From contig JYFJ02000722.1 in the NCBI GenBank assembly GCA_000934665.2, positions 62,001 to 113,724 of the forward strand: a stretch of DNA of 51,724 bases. The letters are read 5' to 3'. This DNA comes from Catajapyx aquilonaris. Its lineage: Eukaryota. Positions 12,041 through 24,861 of the stretch are shown piece by piece (position 1 is the first letter of the stretch; the number at the start of each line of letters is the position of its first letter). The notes beneath the pieces are model-generated. The model had not been told where the DNA came from. It made no database searches and saw only the letters and a program-made list of their open reading frames with translations. The translations under genes and the position numbers were made by a program.

Positions 12041-15000
12041 ACCGTATTATTCCAAGGATCGTATTCGATAACAATATAAGGTAGTTAAAAAAAATGAAAT
12101 AAAACATTTAATTCAGATCATTTTTAGGCACCTTCCTTATCATTGTCCGTATCCTGGCAGGTATGCGTCCCTCTGTACGACCAATGGTACGACCATGCCT
12201 TTTTTATATAAATTTAAACAAAAAATTAAATTGCGACTTCATTTTTTGCTCTTCCTTACAGTAAAATGTACAGAGCCAGTTGGAACAAATTTGCCGCATC
12301 AGAATGAATAATTGCGTAAGTCCGCCAGAAGCTTTGATGTTGCCGATGGCTAACTCAAAAATATCAAAGGTCACCAGGTGAGTGATTAGGTTTGCAAAAA
12401 TTACTCAATTATCTCCACTCCACCGTGCGGTTCATCCGAACCGCCCACCTCACGGGCAATCCATGTCGTCACATCCGCACCGGGTACCATGCTGAAGCAA
12501 CAGGTCGTACTTCCCTTGTGGAAAATTGGACTCTTCCTTAGCGCCTTGCATCGATCTGGGACCTTCCGGAGGAACTGGATCAAATAAAAAGGACGTCGGG
12601 GGGGAGACGATAGGGGGGTTGGCTCCAATGGCAACTCGGTTACGTTTCGCGCCCCTGACAGAAGCACAACATTGGCGCCGTTCGGTGGAGCAGGGGGCGC
12701 CGTCGCTATACAAGAGTAGAGCATACAGGTGGAGACAGCCAGACTGCGAGAGGAGGTTGGACAGGACGGGGTGTCCACGTTGTTGTCCACATGTGTGTGG
12801 TGTCACCTCCGCACGTGCCTGTCGGACCAAGCGACGAATCTGGATTGTCACGTACAGAAATGTAAGTCCGAGAGTGACATTTTTTGTTTGTCATACAATC
12901 GCTGGGTGAATAAGACGGCTGCATGAGTGCATGCAGTTGTTTGTTATGGTATCATTTGCTATTGTCACGTGCGAATAGTTACGTGTGCCATGATTCTCGG
13001 AAGTATACAGTGAGACAAAATAATCGTTTTTAGTGTTGTCAAATACGATACAGTTCATTACCGTATGAATCATTAGATATACCCTATTAATTTTGAAGCT
13101 TTTTGAAGCTTCAGATGCTGCATTCATGTAAAATCGTCTGGAAGAAAGTAAATAACATACTTTCACAGAACTTTACTGCAAATCAATGACCTGCAATATC
13201 GAATTTATTGGTCGTAAAAGAAAAAGTCCGCCTATAAAAAGTTATCCTTCGTTGAAGCCGTCGAAGTGACATCATTTATAGTTATGCAGCATCTACAGTA
13301 TACTGTAGAGAGCTGTGCATCGGCTTTTTGCGCAGATCTATACAGTATAAATAATACTTTTTTGGGCAATAATATTTTGGATTCATATAGAGCTATGTGT
13401 GTAACATTGTTACACTACTCAAAATGGAGCAGAAATGCAAAAATATGCAGGCGAAATGAGTGATTGACCTGTTGGCCGAATAATTTATATAAAGTTTTTT
13501 CCCAAGTTTTAAACTTACTTATATCTAGCGATGATTATAGAGATGATGAGCAACAAGTTAGAACATGCATCTATTTAGCACGAAGACCCACATTAATTTT
13601 GTCGGTCCAGCTGACAATCAATATCGCATAATTATAATATCTATACACTCTAATTAAAACATGACAAAAACTGTACATCCTAATGTATAGTGTACACCCT
13701 GAAACTGGTAAGGCCATGATTAGTAATAAGCTAGTAATTGTGATACATTACGTTGCTAATAGTTGCAAATTGCAGTTGTGAATGACACTGCGGACAATTT
13801 GGTGCAATTTAAAGAGGATTTAGCGTACTATTAACAAACGATCTGTCCTTAACAAATAGGTATACGAGGTCATAACGTAACAGTGGTAACACCAATTCGA
13901 TGTAATAAAAGTGCTGACAACACAGATCGCAGTTCATTGTTTTAAACTTGGTCTAGTTTGCACACAATTTTGCGAACTACTGCACCAACGACCATTCTAT
14001 GCATAGGCCATAGTGCTAGGTCTATAAGCAAATGTTAGGCAGTGCAGGCCCTTCTGTCGATATAGCCACTTAGCACATTTTGCATACCCCTGCAGCACTT
14101 GTGGTTAGCCCAGCTCTGCGCATAGGAAATGTTCACACCAAAATTCCCTGCTGGGTCCATCAGACCACCAAGTTGCGTAATAGCCTTTTTCATACCGCTA
14201 TGTTTGCTTTAGCATTCGGTTAACCCTTCATCACATGCGCATACCACACATTGCCATCCCCAAAAAAATCGTAGAAGCAGGAAAAAGTCGACATGTTTAT
14301 TACGGCGTCTTGGATGCTGGCCATCATCAAATGAGCATCGATTGTGTGGGCTCAAGTTGGATATATACGGACATGCGTGTAAACACGTCTGCAGTGAAAT
14401 CATTCACAAAAAAATAGGAGCGGACATATAACTTTTCTCGTACACTGAATTAGAATTTGGTTACAACTCTACATCGATCGGAAGTACACAACCTTGCCCT
14501 TTCATTCAGTATGTATATATTATGCAAGCTGCATGCGTGTAGACTATACTTGATCATGGAAATGTAAATTTAGACATTGGTTGTCCCATTTTCATCGATG
14601 TATAGGCGGAATATGTACGAACCGACGGAACCGTGTATTACGTACAGCGTGTATTGACTTTTCAGGAAAATGAATGCATGTATAGTTTAAAGAAGGCCGT
14701 GCTTTTATGTGAGCTTTGATTGCCGTCCGTGAGATTATATTGCCATATTTGCAGGGCTTTCATGTATCCAATGTAAAAAGGCTTTGCATGCAGTGGGCGC
14801 CTACGCAAGATACGTGATACTGTGTACGTAGGAGTTATATTGCTCTTCCGATTCTAAAATAAAGACAACAGTCACCATTCTAAACGTTTCACAAATTGGC
14901 GACAAAGGATACAATTTCCTTGTTTGTGAGTAACTCATCAGTGCCTATTTCTATGCTAATTGGCTAGAAAACGGGCCCAGTTTGTTGTCATTAATTGTCT

Positions 15001-15973
15001 AATGATTGTGCGACCCAGTACTTTCTATTCCCTATATACCCATGTTGACATCGGTAACAAAAGCAGCAGCCGTGAACTCTGCTGATAGTATATCCAATAA
15101 TTATATGCACTCATGTTTCTATGCTAGTAATGAACACCGTATATGTGCCAATTAATATGCTTTGTAAAAGGTGTTCTCCACAAAACCCTGCCGTTTTGCG
15201 AAAGCTTCTAATGATATATGAGCCAAACTAATTAGCACTACTGAAAACTAAGTTTCCGTGAAGACTCCAAGTGCATTACTAGAATTAATGTTAATACATT
15301 ATTGTTAGCTATGTATTTATTATAATTGAGTTCACTTATTAGACAGCATCGTGGAGTATAACCTGAAGCATGGAGAACCTGAGCTGTATATTATAAGTAG
15401 ATGGCAAGGAACCAGAATTTGCATTTCCTGCCTTAAGCTAGATTTACATGCCGACTAAGTCGGTGTGGGTGCAAAAGGCCGAATGCGTGTTCTTCATCAA
15501 GTGCTGAAATGTAATTAGGACTGGAGCTTTGGCAGCCACTATAATGCGCAGTAGGCTTCCATAATTGCAACACATCCAGGGCTAATCCGGTGGAAGGAAG
15601 GCAGGAAGGCTACTGTGTTTCGGTCTAGATACATTTTTGAAGGAGCTGTTTTGATAAAATTATATGCACCATGATTGGAATAATCACCAGTGAAATACAT
15701 CCAGCTTAGGCCTTTTCATTCCCAGAATAACTACATGCAAACCACTGTGTTCCGGCTTTTGAGTGTACAGAAGCAAGTGTTGTCATTAGAGCTTTAGAGA
15801 GGTCCGGGGGTATTGGATAGGTTGTACAATAGAGCCTGGTCGGGAATTTTGTATGTGGTATAGCTGTGCTATTTTATGAGAAATTACTCATTTTCGCGCT
15901 TCTGTTCACTATGTGAACAGTGTGCACTGAAATAAATAGTGCATGAAATTTTGGGTAGACAAAAGCTGATAGG

Positions 15974-16040
15974 GTGTTAATAAATCGCCTAGAATTTGGA
16001 ATAATTCAATTATTCCAAATTCTAGGCGATTTATTAACAC
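15974..16040. repeat. Perfect 33-bp inverted repeat with 1-nt spacer
   Basis: GTGTTAATAAATCGCCTAGAATTTGGAATAATT-C-AATTATTCCAAATTCTAGGCGATTTATTAACAC. Confidence 0.95.
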
Positions 16041-17528
16041 AGGCTATATTCGCCATTTCATTTTATTCACACTGCACCAGCTATGCCTATCAGTTTCAGT
16101 GTAGTGTTCTGCTCATTTACATAAGGGGTGAATATTCTGCGACCATCTTTCTGCCAATAGACAATATCTTGATTGGGCACCAAAATAAATATCATTTTCA
16201 TGAGTCACGTGCCACGTTCATGAGTGATGATCTTTGCTTAAAAACGACGCCATTGTCTCAACGTGGTAGAGGAATATATACTACGATTTCCTGTTTACTT
16301 GGTGCAAACTCTTTGTTTGATACCGTCTCGTACAAATTACACAAACAGCAGGAGGTCAATTTGTTGGCAAGATGCTCTAGCAAAATCTACAACGCAGCAT
16401 TATAGCTATTGTCTGATCGAGTTTCCAAGAATCCTTGTCCTTACCATTGTCTCCTTCGCATTTTCTTTGGTGGAGATATTGTGTGTTCCGTACAAACTTC
16501 GAACAATTGACAAGTTGAAAGAAGACCGCACTAATGAAATCATTCAGTCAACAACCCCACGAACAATCAGATCTTCTTTCAGATAGCATATCGTCGACAT
16601 ACATTTTGTAGGTTTTGAGTTACGTGCATTTCGTATGCTGACAATATGTCTGTTAATCACTTTTCATCCACTTTAATCAATTTTCTCTATCCATTCACGT
16701 GTAGGTTGCACTGACATATCAGATGTCTTGATAGATTATGTCAATTTCATCCTACATACACGAACCTTATGCAATATAATTCAAAATCAAATTCTGTGAT
16801 TCAATCTGCGCGAAAAACTCCATATTCGCTAATCCAGAACAAAAAAAGTATAACAAATCAAACATACGAGTATAACCCAACTCTTTCCCTCTCTAGATAT
16901 ATACCGTCACTCTAGCCACAAACTGCGATATCTCAAAGTCACAATCTGCCGGAAAATTGATTGGCCAACGTCGCTCCAGCATAATAATCTCCCTTCCTTA
17001 CAATTTCTATCTGAAATTTCCGCCCTGCAGCATCAAAGGATAGCCTTTTCCATATAGGTGCATTACACCGTGGGCTCATTACAGCGTAAGTGACGATGAA
17101 ATTGTCGCTCATGCGTAGGTTGACACGAGACTTTTCTGACGCAATTGCATGGAATATAGATAAAACCGGGGGGTGCACTTATGTCTGTATTGATCTGGGG
17201 TGTTGTTAAGTTCAGGGCAGCTCGTTTTTTTGTCTCTAGGTTATATGTCGACCCCGCCTTGCAACAGCTGTCATTGAGCAGGAAATATATCCATTACGGG
17301 CTGCCGGGTTGATTAAAGTACAAAATGCAGTGGTGATTGGGTTTCGACCGTGATTTACGTAACGTAGGGTCTGGTAGGGTGTCATCTGTGGAAAGGTAAA
17401 CGTCGCTGTGACTTATCTGGACGAATGGCAGTCGATAATGAGGATCAACAGAGCCATATATTTTTAATTGAAAAGATAGCTGTGCTTTTTACCGTAATTG
17501 TGCCAGAAAATACAGTCTGTAAAACCAA

Positions 17529-17622
17529 AGAACGATATGACGTCATGTTCAGACCGCCTCCACCTGCTGCATACTACTGCGCATGCTCAGAAAACACGGC
17601 CGGTATGACGTCAGATCGTTCT
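17529..17622. repeat. 18-bp inverted repeat pair, probable MITE remnant
   Basis: AGAACGATATGACGTCAT (17529-17546) and ATGACGTCAGATCGTTCT (17605-17622) are 17/18 complementary around a TGCGCATGC core. Confidence 0.6.
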
Positions 17623-20600
17623 CCCCATCTATTGGGCGTACAAAAATGACGGTTGGAAATACGTGCCCTTTTGCGCTGTTTACTCTGGTGCACTAGGATG
17701 AATAGCTAGTGTACAACATGATTGTGCCAAGAGTTGTCGAGGTTTAGTGACGTCAACAGTGAAAATGAGGCCACAGATCTGAATCAGGAGGAATGGGGAT
17801 GAGACCAGTTGTGGTTGGGGGGGGGGNGGGGGGTCTGCTAGAGGTATATAACTTGGGAGGTGGGGTCACAGACTCCTAGTTTGCCTTGACGAGCTATTTC
17901 CGAGGCTGCCATGATGCCAAATCACCCCATACAAAACACCTATCGTCTCATTAGGGAATAATAGATCCAAGTGTACACACAGTACAGTTTTCTGCAAACA
18001 AATCAGTCCCAAGAGCACATCTTTGTAATTAGGACTGACAGTTGAGGAGATGGGGAAACTGTGAAGTTCTCTCTAAGGAATCTAGGAGGTTCTCTACGAT
18101 ATTTATGACAAGCACGCGTCACTGGCTCAGTTTTGCTCGAGCCTTGTCTCATTATGCTGGTGGGGACAGCTGATTCATTATACAAATGTCCAACGTGACT
18201 TTCATTTCGAGAGTGAGGATTTTGTTGGCTAAGGTTAATATTTCACCCGAACGACCAATTAACTGCATAATGTAGATTGACTTGTCTTAAGAATAGTAAT
18301 GAACTGTGAAGCATCAAGGACTTGCTACAATGTATATGTGCAGTTTTGTGCGAATTTTGGGTGATGATACTTGACACAATTGACCTACTTGGACGCAAAT
18401 AAATCCGACAGTAGAGCAAAGAGGGTTGTGCGCCTGCAAAGTAGGACACTCTCCAGTTAACGAATGTGTTAGAGGAGACGTAACAAAGGCGTGAAAACAT
18501 ACGTGCATTAGCAGATTTTATAGGTTGGCAATATTTTCTGTTTCATCTGAGAGTGTGACGCACTTGGAGATATCCAGTAGCACAGGTCAGCCAATTTAAA
18601 TTTAGTTTTTTATCGCATGTTTTGTTGCTAAATTTTCGAGTAAATGACCTGAGGGTAAATGGCCTTTGGTGAAGTATCAGGTGTCTGGTTTTTGGACAGC
18701 TACAATTTGCGCAGTGGGGGGGCCTCTCAACTTCAGAAGTAGGGCCTACTGTACGTACTGGCATATACTCAGCTAAAATGAAAGGTCACAGCCTCTACTT
18801 TAAATAGCACCCATTTGTTCGGAATTAAATTTTTTCGCCTAACCGACTCAATTTTTTGAAACGCAGAAGAAAATATATTATCAAATGACAAAAACTACAA
18901 TGGGTTGAATCAAGTGGATACATAATAATTTAGCGAGTAATTAATCTGAATATTTACTAATTCGCCGTCAACCCGATATGAAAACAACACTCTAGCTCAG
19001 CTTTAATCTGATATACCAACATTACGTGCTCACACGACGAACCGCGAATTTCCTCAAGAGCACATTTCCACTTCCCTCTGTAAAAGGAAAACCATGTCTC
19101 ATTTCTAATTCCTTGTCTTGTCAACGTTGCCCCGCCCGGACAGCTCCTAAATGGACAGCAGCAAAACAATGCAGTGTGAATGAAAAGAGTCGACCGCAGT
19201 CACATGTTTCGCGAAGAGTGCTAAGCTGGACCACATCCAACATCTACATCAGCAATCTGCTGTCTCTTGGCAACGCCGCCGGTAAAGTAACCAGCCAAAC
19301 TCACACTACACCACACATTCACACATACCCCGCATACGTCGTTGAGAGCACGCGAGACACATACCGGACCTACAGCAATGTGCAATAAGTGAAGGCAATA
19401 GCATTGTGCTTTTGATTATGGTGTGTACTTGTCATGTTGTGGTGTACTTTTTGGTACATGGTGTGAGGATAATGAATGGGTAAAGATCAGGAAGTGCATA
19501 TGGAGCGAGGTTGGGTAAGTACCAAAATAGCGTTTTGGATGAAGCTCCAAATCGCTGCTATAATTGGACACACGCCTGATTTTTCGATATGTGCCCATTT
19601 GTAGGTGGGCCACGGCCCCTTATGAGATAGATGCATATTTAGCTGAATCGGGCAAAAAAAATAGACGCTCATTCTATGATGTCTACAAGTTAAATAATGA
19701 CCTGGATAATAAGGCTGTTGGAAGACAAGAGAATTCTTTCTGCATAATGTCATTCTTATAATGCCGGACTAATGAAGTTATTTTTTCATTGCGAGTGAGT
19801 AATGACTTGCAAGTAAAAATGGGTCACGGTACAGAAAAACACGCCTGCAGGCTTAGGTTTATTAATTTTCATAATTGACTGTGTTTTTAATGAACTGTAC
19901 CAAAGAGCAAACACTGCAAAATATGTTTCTGTATTTGAATTTTATTAGCGGTTCTCCAATATGTACAATATTATTCTGCATGTACAGTATTATAATTAGC
20001 AGTTTAGGAAAACCCGGTTTTATTGCCAGTTTTGCCATGCCGTCTGAATACCTTTTCAGCAAATATATGCCTCGTAAGGTGGTGACATTGACCTATTTGA
20101 AGTAATCGCTTATCTTCATTTTGATCAAATTCACAACCCGGTGTCTTTGCCGGAGCAGTGTTTGTATTTAATTTGCAATTAAAAATAACCTTCTTCTACA
20201 CAGTAGGAGTTTATCACGGGCCACCTGGTGCAGGAAAACTTGTTTGTTTATGTTGTGGACGTTTACTGCACAGAACCATAAAGTCTACTTTCTTGGTATT
20301 TTGATGAATATGCATATATATGGTCTGCTCATACACCAATATTTTACTATCTTTGTTCTAGCATCATGTAAATGCTTCTGATTGCTGAACACGAGTAAGT
20401 CGGTCAATAAACTAGCCTGCCGACAAAAAAAAAAAAATCAATGACCCAAAATCCTGGTGTTCATTCTTATTTTAGACCAAAGTTCGTTATGAACTCTCAC
20501 TTGACCAGATAGTCGGAAGAGATTAGAGTCATGTATCCAAGCAAATTCTGGATTGTAGCTATAGATGTGTAAGGCTTTTCATTGGCAAATCCGGGGTTTG

Positions 20601-23600
20601 AATATTACATATGAATAACATAACTACTGTATATAAAAGGGTATAGTATGAATGCGTATGTGTGTACAGTATTTATTAAATGAAATTGTGGGTGTATTTA
20701 CTTCATACCCACACATATGAAGCAGACACTAATCAGCTTGTTCAGCTCGTCAGTTTTTTGCTATTGGTAAAACGAATGTATCCTGCGTGTTAGGCTTTTT
20801 AATACACACTGGCGATGAATCTGTTGCATACTCGCCAGGATAAAACGTGATTACAAGTAGCCTGGTTATTTATCTCGAGTCTGATATGGCTTGTAAGTTA
20901 ATGTCAACTTCAACGGAGCCTTTGACGTAATGGATGTAAATGAATATCCAAAGTCCACACGCAGTAGACCATTTACTTGAGAGGTTCCTTAGGGGGGAAA
21001 TAAAAACAAGTGGTTCAATGTAAAGCGACTTGTCCTTGGACTTGCCATTACGAACAGGGAATGGCACCTGTAGGGGCTAAATGATCCCGTTTATTCACCT
21101 TCAGACGGGAAGTGTCACTGCTTTTTTGCGATGGTAGTAATAATAGGACAAATACATATATCCATGTCGATTGGACTGTCGTTTCAGTCACGTTGTTGTG
21201 TCGGGTAGGATTAATGCAACGTGCTGAATATCCGATTGCAATTGTCGATGGGGGGGGGGTCCCAGACTGACGTTAACATTGCTGTAAGGTCACGTCAAAA
21301 GTGTGGTAAACACGCTTGCAGAACATTTACTTTGTTTGCCCAACCCGCCCAGCAACTGTTGGTTCAGCGAATAGACTGCAGTATTTTATTGGTCATCTTG
21401 TCTTTGAACGTCAAAACGGGGACTCTCAGACACAATAGAATCCCTCTATGCAGTTCGTAGAATTGCATATATAATTCCCATCTCTGTGTCGTCAGCATGT
21501 CTTATGCATGTCGGTAACATTGTTGAAAACCGCGGCTTCCTGAGTAAGATAACACCCATGGGCGGCGCGGCGTTGCCATTATAAGGCGAGACATTCTTTT
21601 GTCGAATGGTATACACTGTCACTGTCTCTTGAATAAAACAAACACCCAGCCACCCAGGGACACGTACTATACGAATTATGACGTGGAATTTTTCGTCCAT
21701 ACATCAACTGTTCATTGGCACGTAGCGTTATAGCCGTACAGCTGAGAAAATCGTTACGTGCACAGTACGTGTTCAATATAGTCACGCTTTATGAATAAAT
21801 AAGTGAGGTGCCGTTAATATAATTTCGATTTCGCAGCAAGTGCTGCAGGTTAATCCAACAATATTGAAATACCTGAAGCAAATATATTTTTACAAATGTC
21901 TGGAGGAAATAGGTATGACAGGCCGCGTTATATTATTTTTTACCCAAAATGCAAAGCTTGTTCGTTGAAAGCGGAGGTGCGTACGTGAATAGTGCGTTAA
22001 CAATGAATGGCTAGTCCAGACACCCATCCTTCTCCATACAATCAGCTCCGTTTACAACCACCTATTCGGCCCGATTCTAATTCTCTTGAAACCCACTCGC
22101 AGTAATGTAATGAAAAAAGGGGGATCCTATGATACACCATGTTTGTAAATCCCAGCTGACCAAATTGTTTGAAGTGTCCGAAAGCACACATGGACGACCG
22201 TAAATGCTACAACACAGAGCCCCCCCCGCTTTTTGGTGCCGCAGAGGCGCCATTTCCGGAGTGGGTGGCAAAGGGTGGGGGATGGAATAGAGGAAACTGG
22301 GGGTTACCACGCCCAATCTCCGCAGCATGAAATAGGTCCAAAGTTATTACGCAGGAATAGAGCAGGAAACAATGACCTTATAATCGGAAGCAATCATTAT
22401 TATTCAGTCAGAATAGCTCATTTGTACCAATTTCAAAATGTAATGTGTGGATTAATTGGGACAAGTTTCGATTGAATTACTGAAGCACTAGTTGTAGTTG
22501 AAGATGAAACCGGTTTGGATCTCATAGAATTCACCCTAGGGATCCATACAATTTCTTAGACCATTCTAAGGTTTTCTTCGAGCTCAGCCATCGTCTGTTG
22601 TACAAGATTGCGCGGAACCATAGAAATTCCGTTCGTATTGAATTACAAAGAGTGGGGCACAAGTCGAGGGACCAATCAGAGAATCCTCTTATCCGGCAGA
22701 GGTTCCTATGCCATAGAGAAAGGCTTCGATATCAGCAAAAGGCAGACTTCTTGAAATTCTCTAGACATTTCGGCCATTTTCTTCAGGTGATATTGAATAT
22801 GTGGGTATATGACGTTACTGAAGAGGAAATATCGAGTACTTTTCAGCTAATATGTGATTTCGTAGCAATATATTGGCAATCCATGTATTTTCAGTGAGTT
22901 ATAATGAGATAGCCTTTCTGGATTATATGAAAATAGCTACATTTTGTTTTTAATAGAGGATCATCGCGTTTCGCAACGTTTCGCATTATCAACAGCAATT
23001 ATTCATGAGTTCAACGAGCCCTATAGCGCGAATTTTTGCTATTAAGCGTCCCTTTACACTATCTGTTTGAAATATAGAAGCCCCTTTTATGGCTCACCGG
23101 GCTGTAACAGTCTATGGCACATATACCATAGAAACATCACACGACGCATTGTAGGGTCACTTTAAAAACTTTTAAAGTGACTACAATGTTCAATTGAAAA
23201 ATCATCGATATTCGCAGGAAAGCAATAACAAAGAATAGGCTACAATATCCTAATTAGTGAGCAGGAATTACCCGTTCAAGAAACTATAAAAATGAATAAG
23301 GGCGTCTGCAAGGGCGGTTACCATCGTGTGTCGCTAATTGGAATTCTAATTAATTAACATATTACACTAGATCCTATAGGCCACATCATGACGTAACGCT
23401 GATGAATATTGCATAGGTGGCCTATATAGGACGCATTGCGGGAGCTTCTCTCCCGAACACTCGCTAATTACGTCTAAAATTTCATAGCGATGTGTACCCA
23501 ACTAAACGCTCGGTACGTCATGCTGTCAGAATGGGTATAGTATGCTCACCCTGATTAGTTAGCTCAAATATATCGCATATATCGAAGACGCGGATTTGGC

Positions 23601-23606
23601 CTCGAA

Positions 23607-23776
23607 AATTCTGCCGTCCCTACGAGAAACACCCTAACTCCAAAACTAGTAAGGGTGAAAGTCGCATGCATGTCCTACACTAGTGAGTCAGGGGGGATTA
23701 GTGCAGGACATGCATGCGACTTTCACCCTTACTAGTTTTTGAGTTAAAGGGTGTTTCTCCTTGGGATGGCAGAATT
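23607..23776. repeat. Long foldback with arms of about 76 bp and a 16-nt loop
   Basis: A 35-bp perfect core pairs 23642-23676 with 23705-23739, and pairing extends with few mismatches out to 23607 and 23776. Confidence 0.9.
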
Positions 23777-24861
23777 ATCATTCGCCCCTTATTGCCCTCA
23801 GTTATCACAGTTGGGTTTCGACAGGGGGTGGCATAAGGCGGGTGGCGGAGCTGACTTCTGAATGGACAGCCAGATGATTCATAGCCTACTATATGTACCG
23901 ATCTTGCATAACTGATTATTTTTTATTTAAATTATCGCCAAACACTTCCTTCACTCATAAGTACTTAGGAAATGGGATCGCCACCATTACAGTACATACT
24001 CTGTCCTGCTTTACTGTATTTGGTGCAGTCATTACTCTAAATTGGTACGTCGTACGATACTGTAAAAGCACCACTTAAACTACCACTGCCATCGACCACT
24101 TGACGCACCCGCATTTGAATAAGAAACGCCTTCTGGGAAACTTAATCCAATACTCCCGACGCGTCGTGACGTTCTGGTATACCGCACTACGATAATGATT
24201 TGACACGGTTCATGAAAATGCGGTACCATCGTTTTCTTTTAATGGCTCTCTGAGGATAGCTCTATGTTTACACCGTGCAAAAATATGACGGACAGAATTA
24301 CGTCAGTGACAGCCTGGGGTGACAACACACCACAGAGTGTACCATGAAACTGAAAAGTTGGCAGGTCAGGTATGGTGGCGTATTTGAACAGGTGCCAACA
24401 AGGAAAATGGTGTGGTTGGTCGTGAATATGTACTGGCACAAAATTGGGTGGACATGTCGCAATTTTGCAATCACGTTGAAGTTCCCATGCTATTTGCGTG
24501 ATGTTGACAAACTTGGTAGAGTCGACAAAAAAAAAAATCATCTAAAAACTAGAAAACCTTGAATAAGCTGCTCATTGTGCGTGTACAATAGTAATTCTCA
24601 CCCCCTTTTGTCTCCTTATCGCCCGAACCATGACCCCGTAACAATTACATCGCAATTTGCATGTCGCAGTGAGCGTCTGGCAATGTACATCTTTATTATT
24701 TCGCAGGTGATCTCACTAGTACAACCATCGTGATCATTAGGAAATGATGTGTCCGGAAGACCATAGGGCGGAGGCAGCCCAGGAGTCGGCCCCGGGGCAA
24801 CAGCGGCCCTTGAGCTAGTGGCCATACCCGGCCATCAACAATCCAAGGGGGTATCATTATT

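Noticed and set aside
12401..12926. Cluster of ORFs up to 133 aa on both strands
   Set aside because: This is a GC-rich promoter-like block with no protein motifs or consistent coding exon structure.
17815..17835. Long G-run containing an N
   Set aside because: It is a homopolymer with an ambiguous base, most likely a sequencing or assembly uncertainty.
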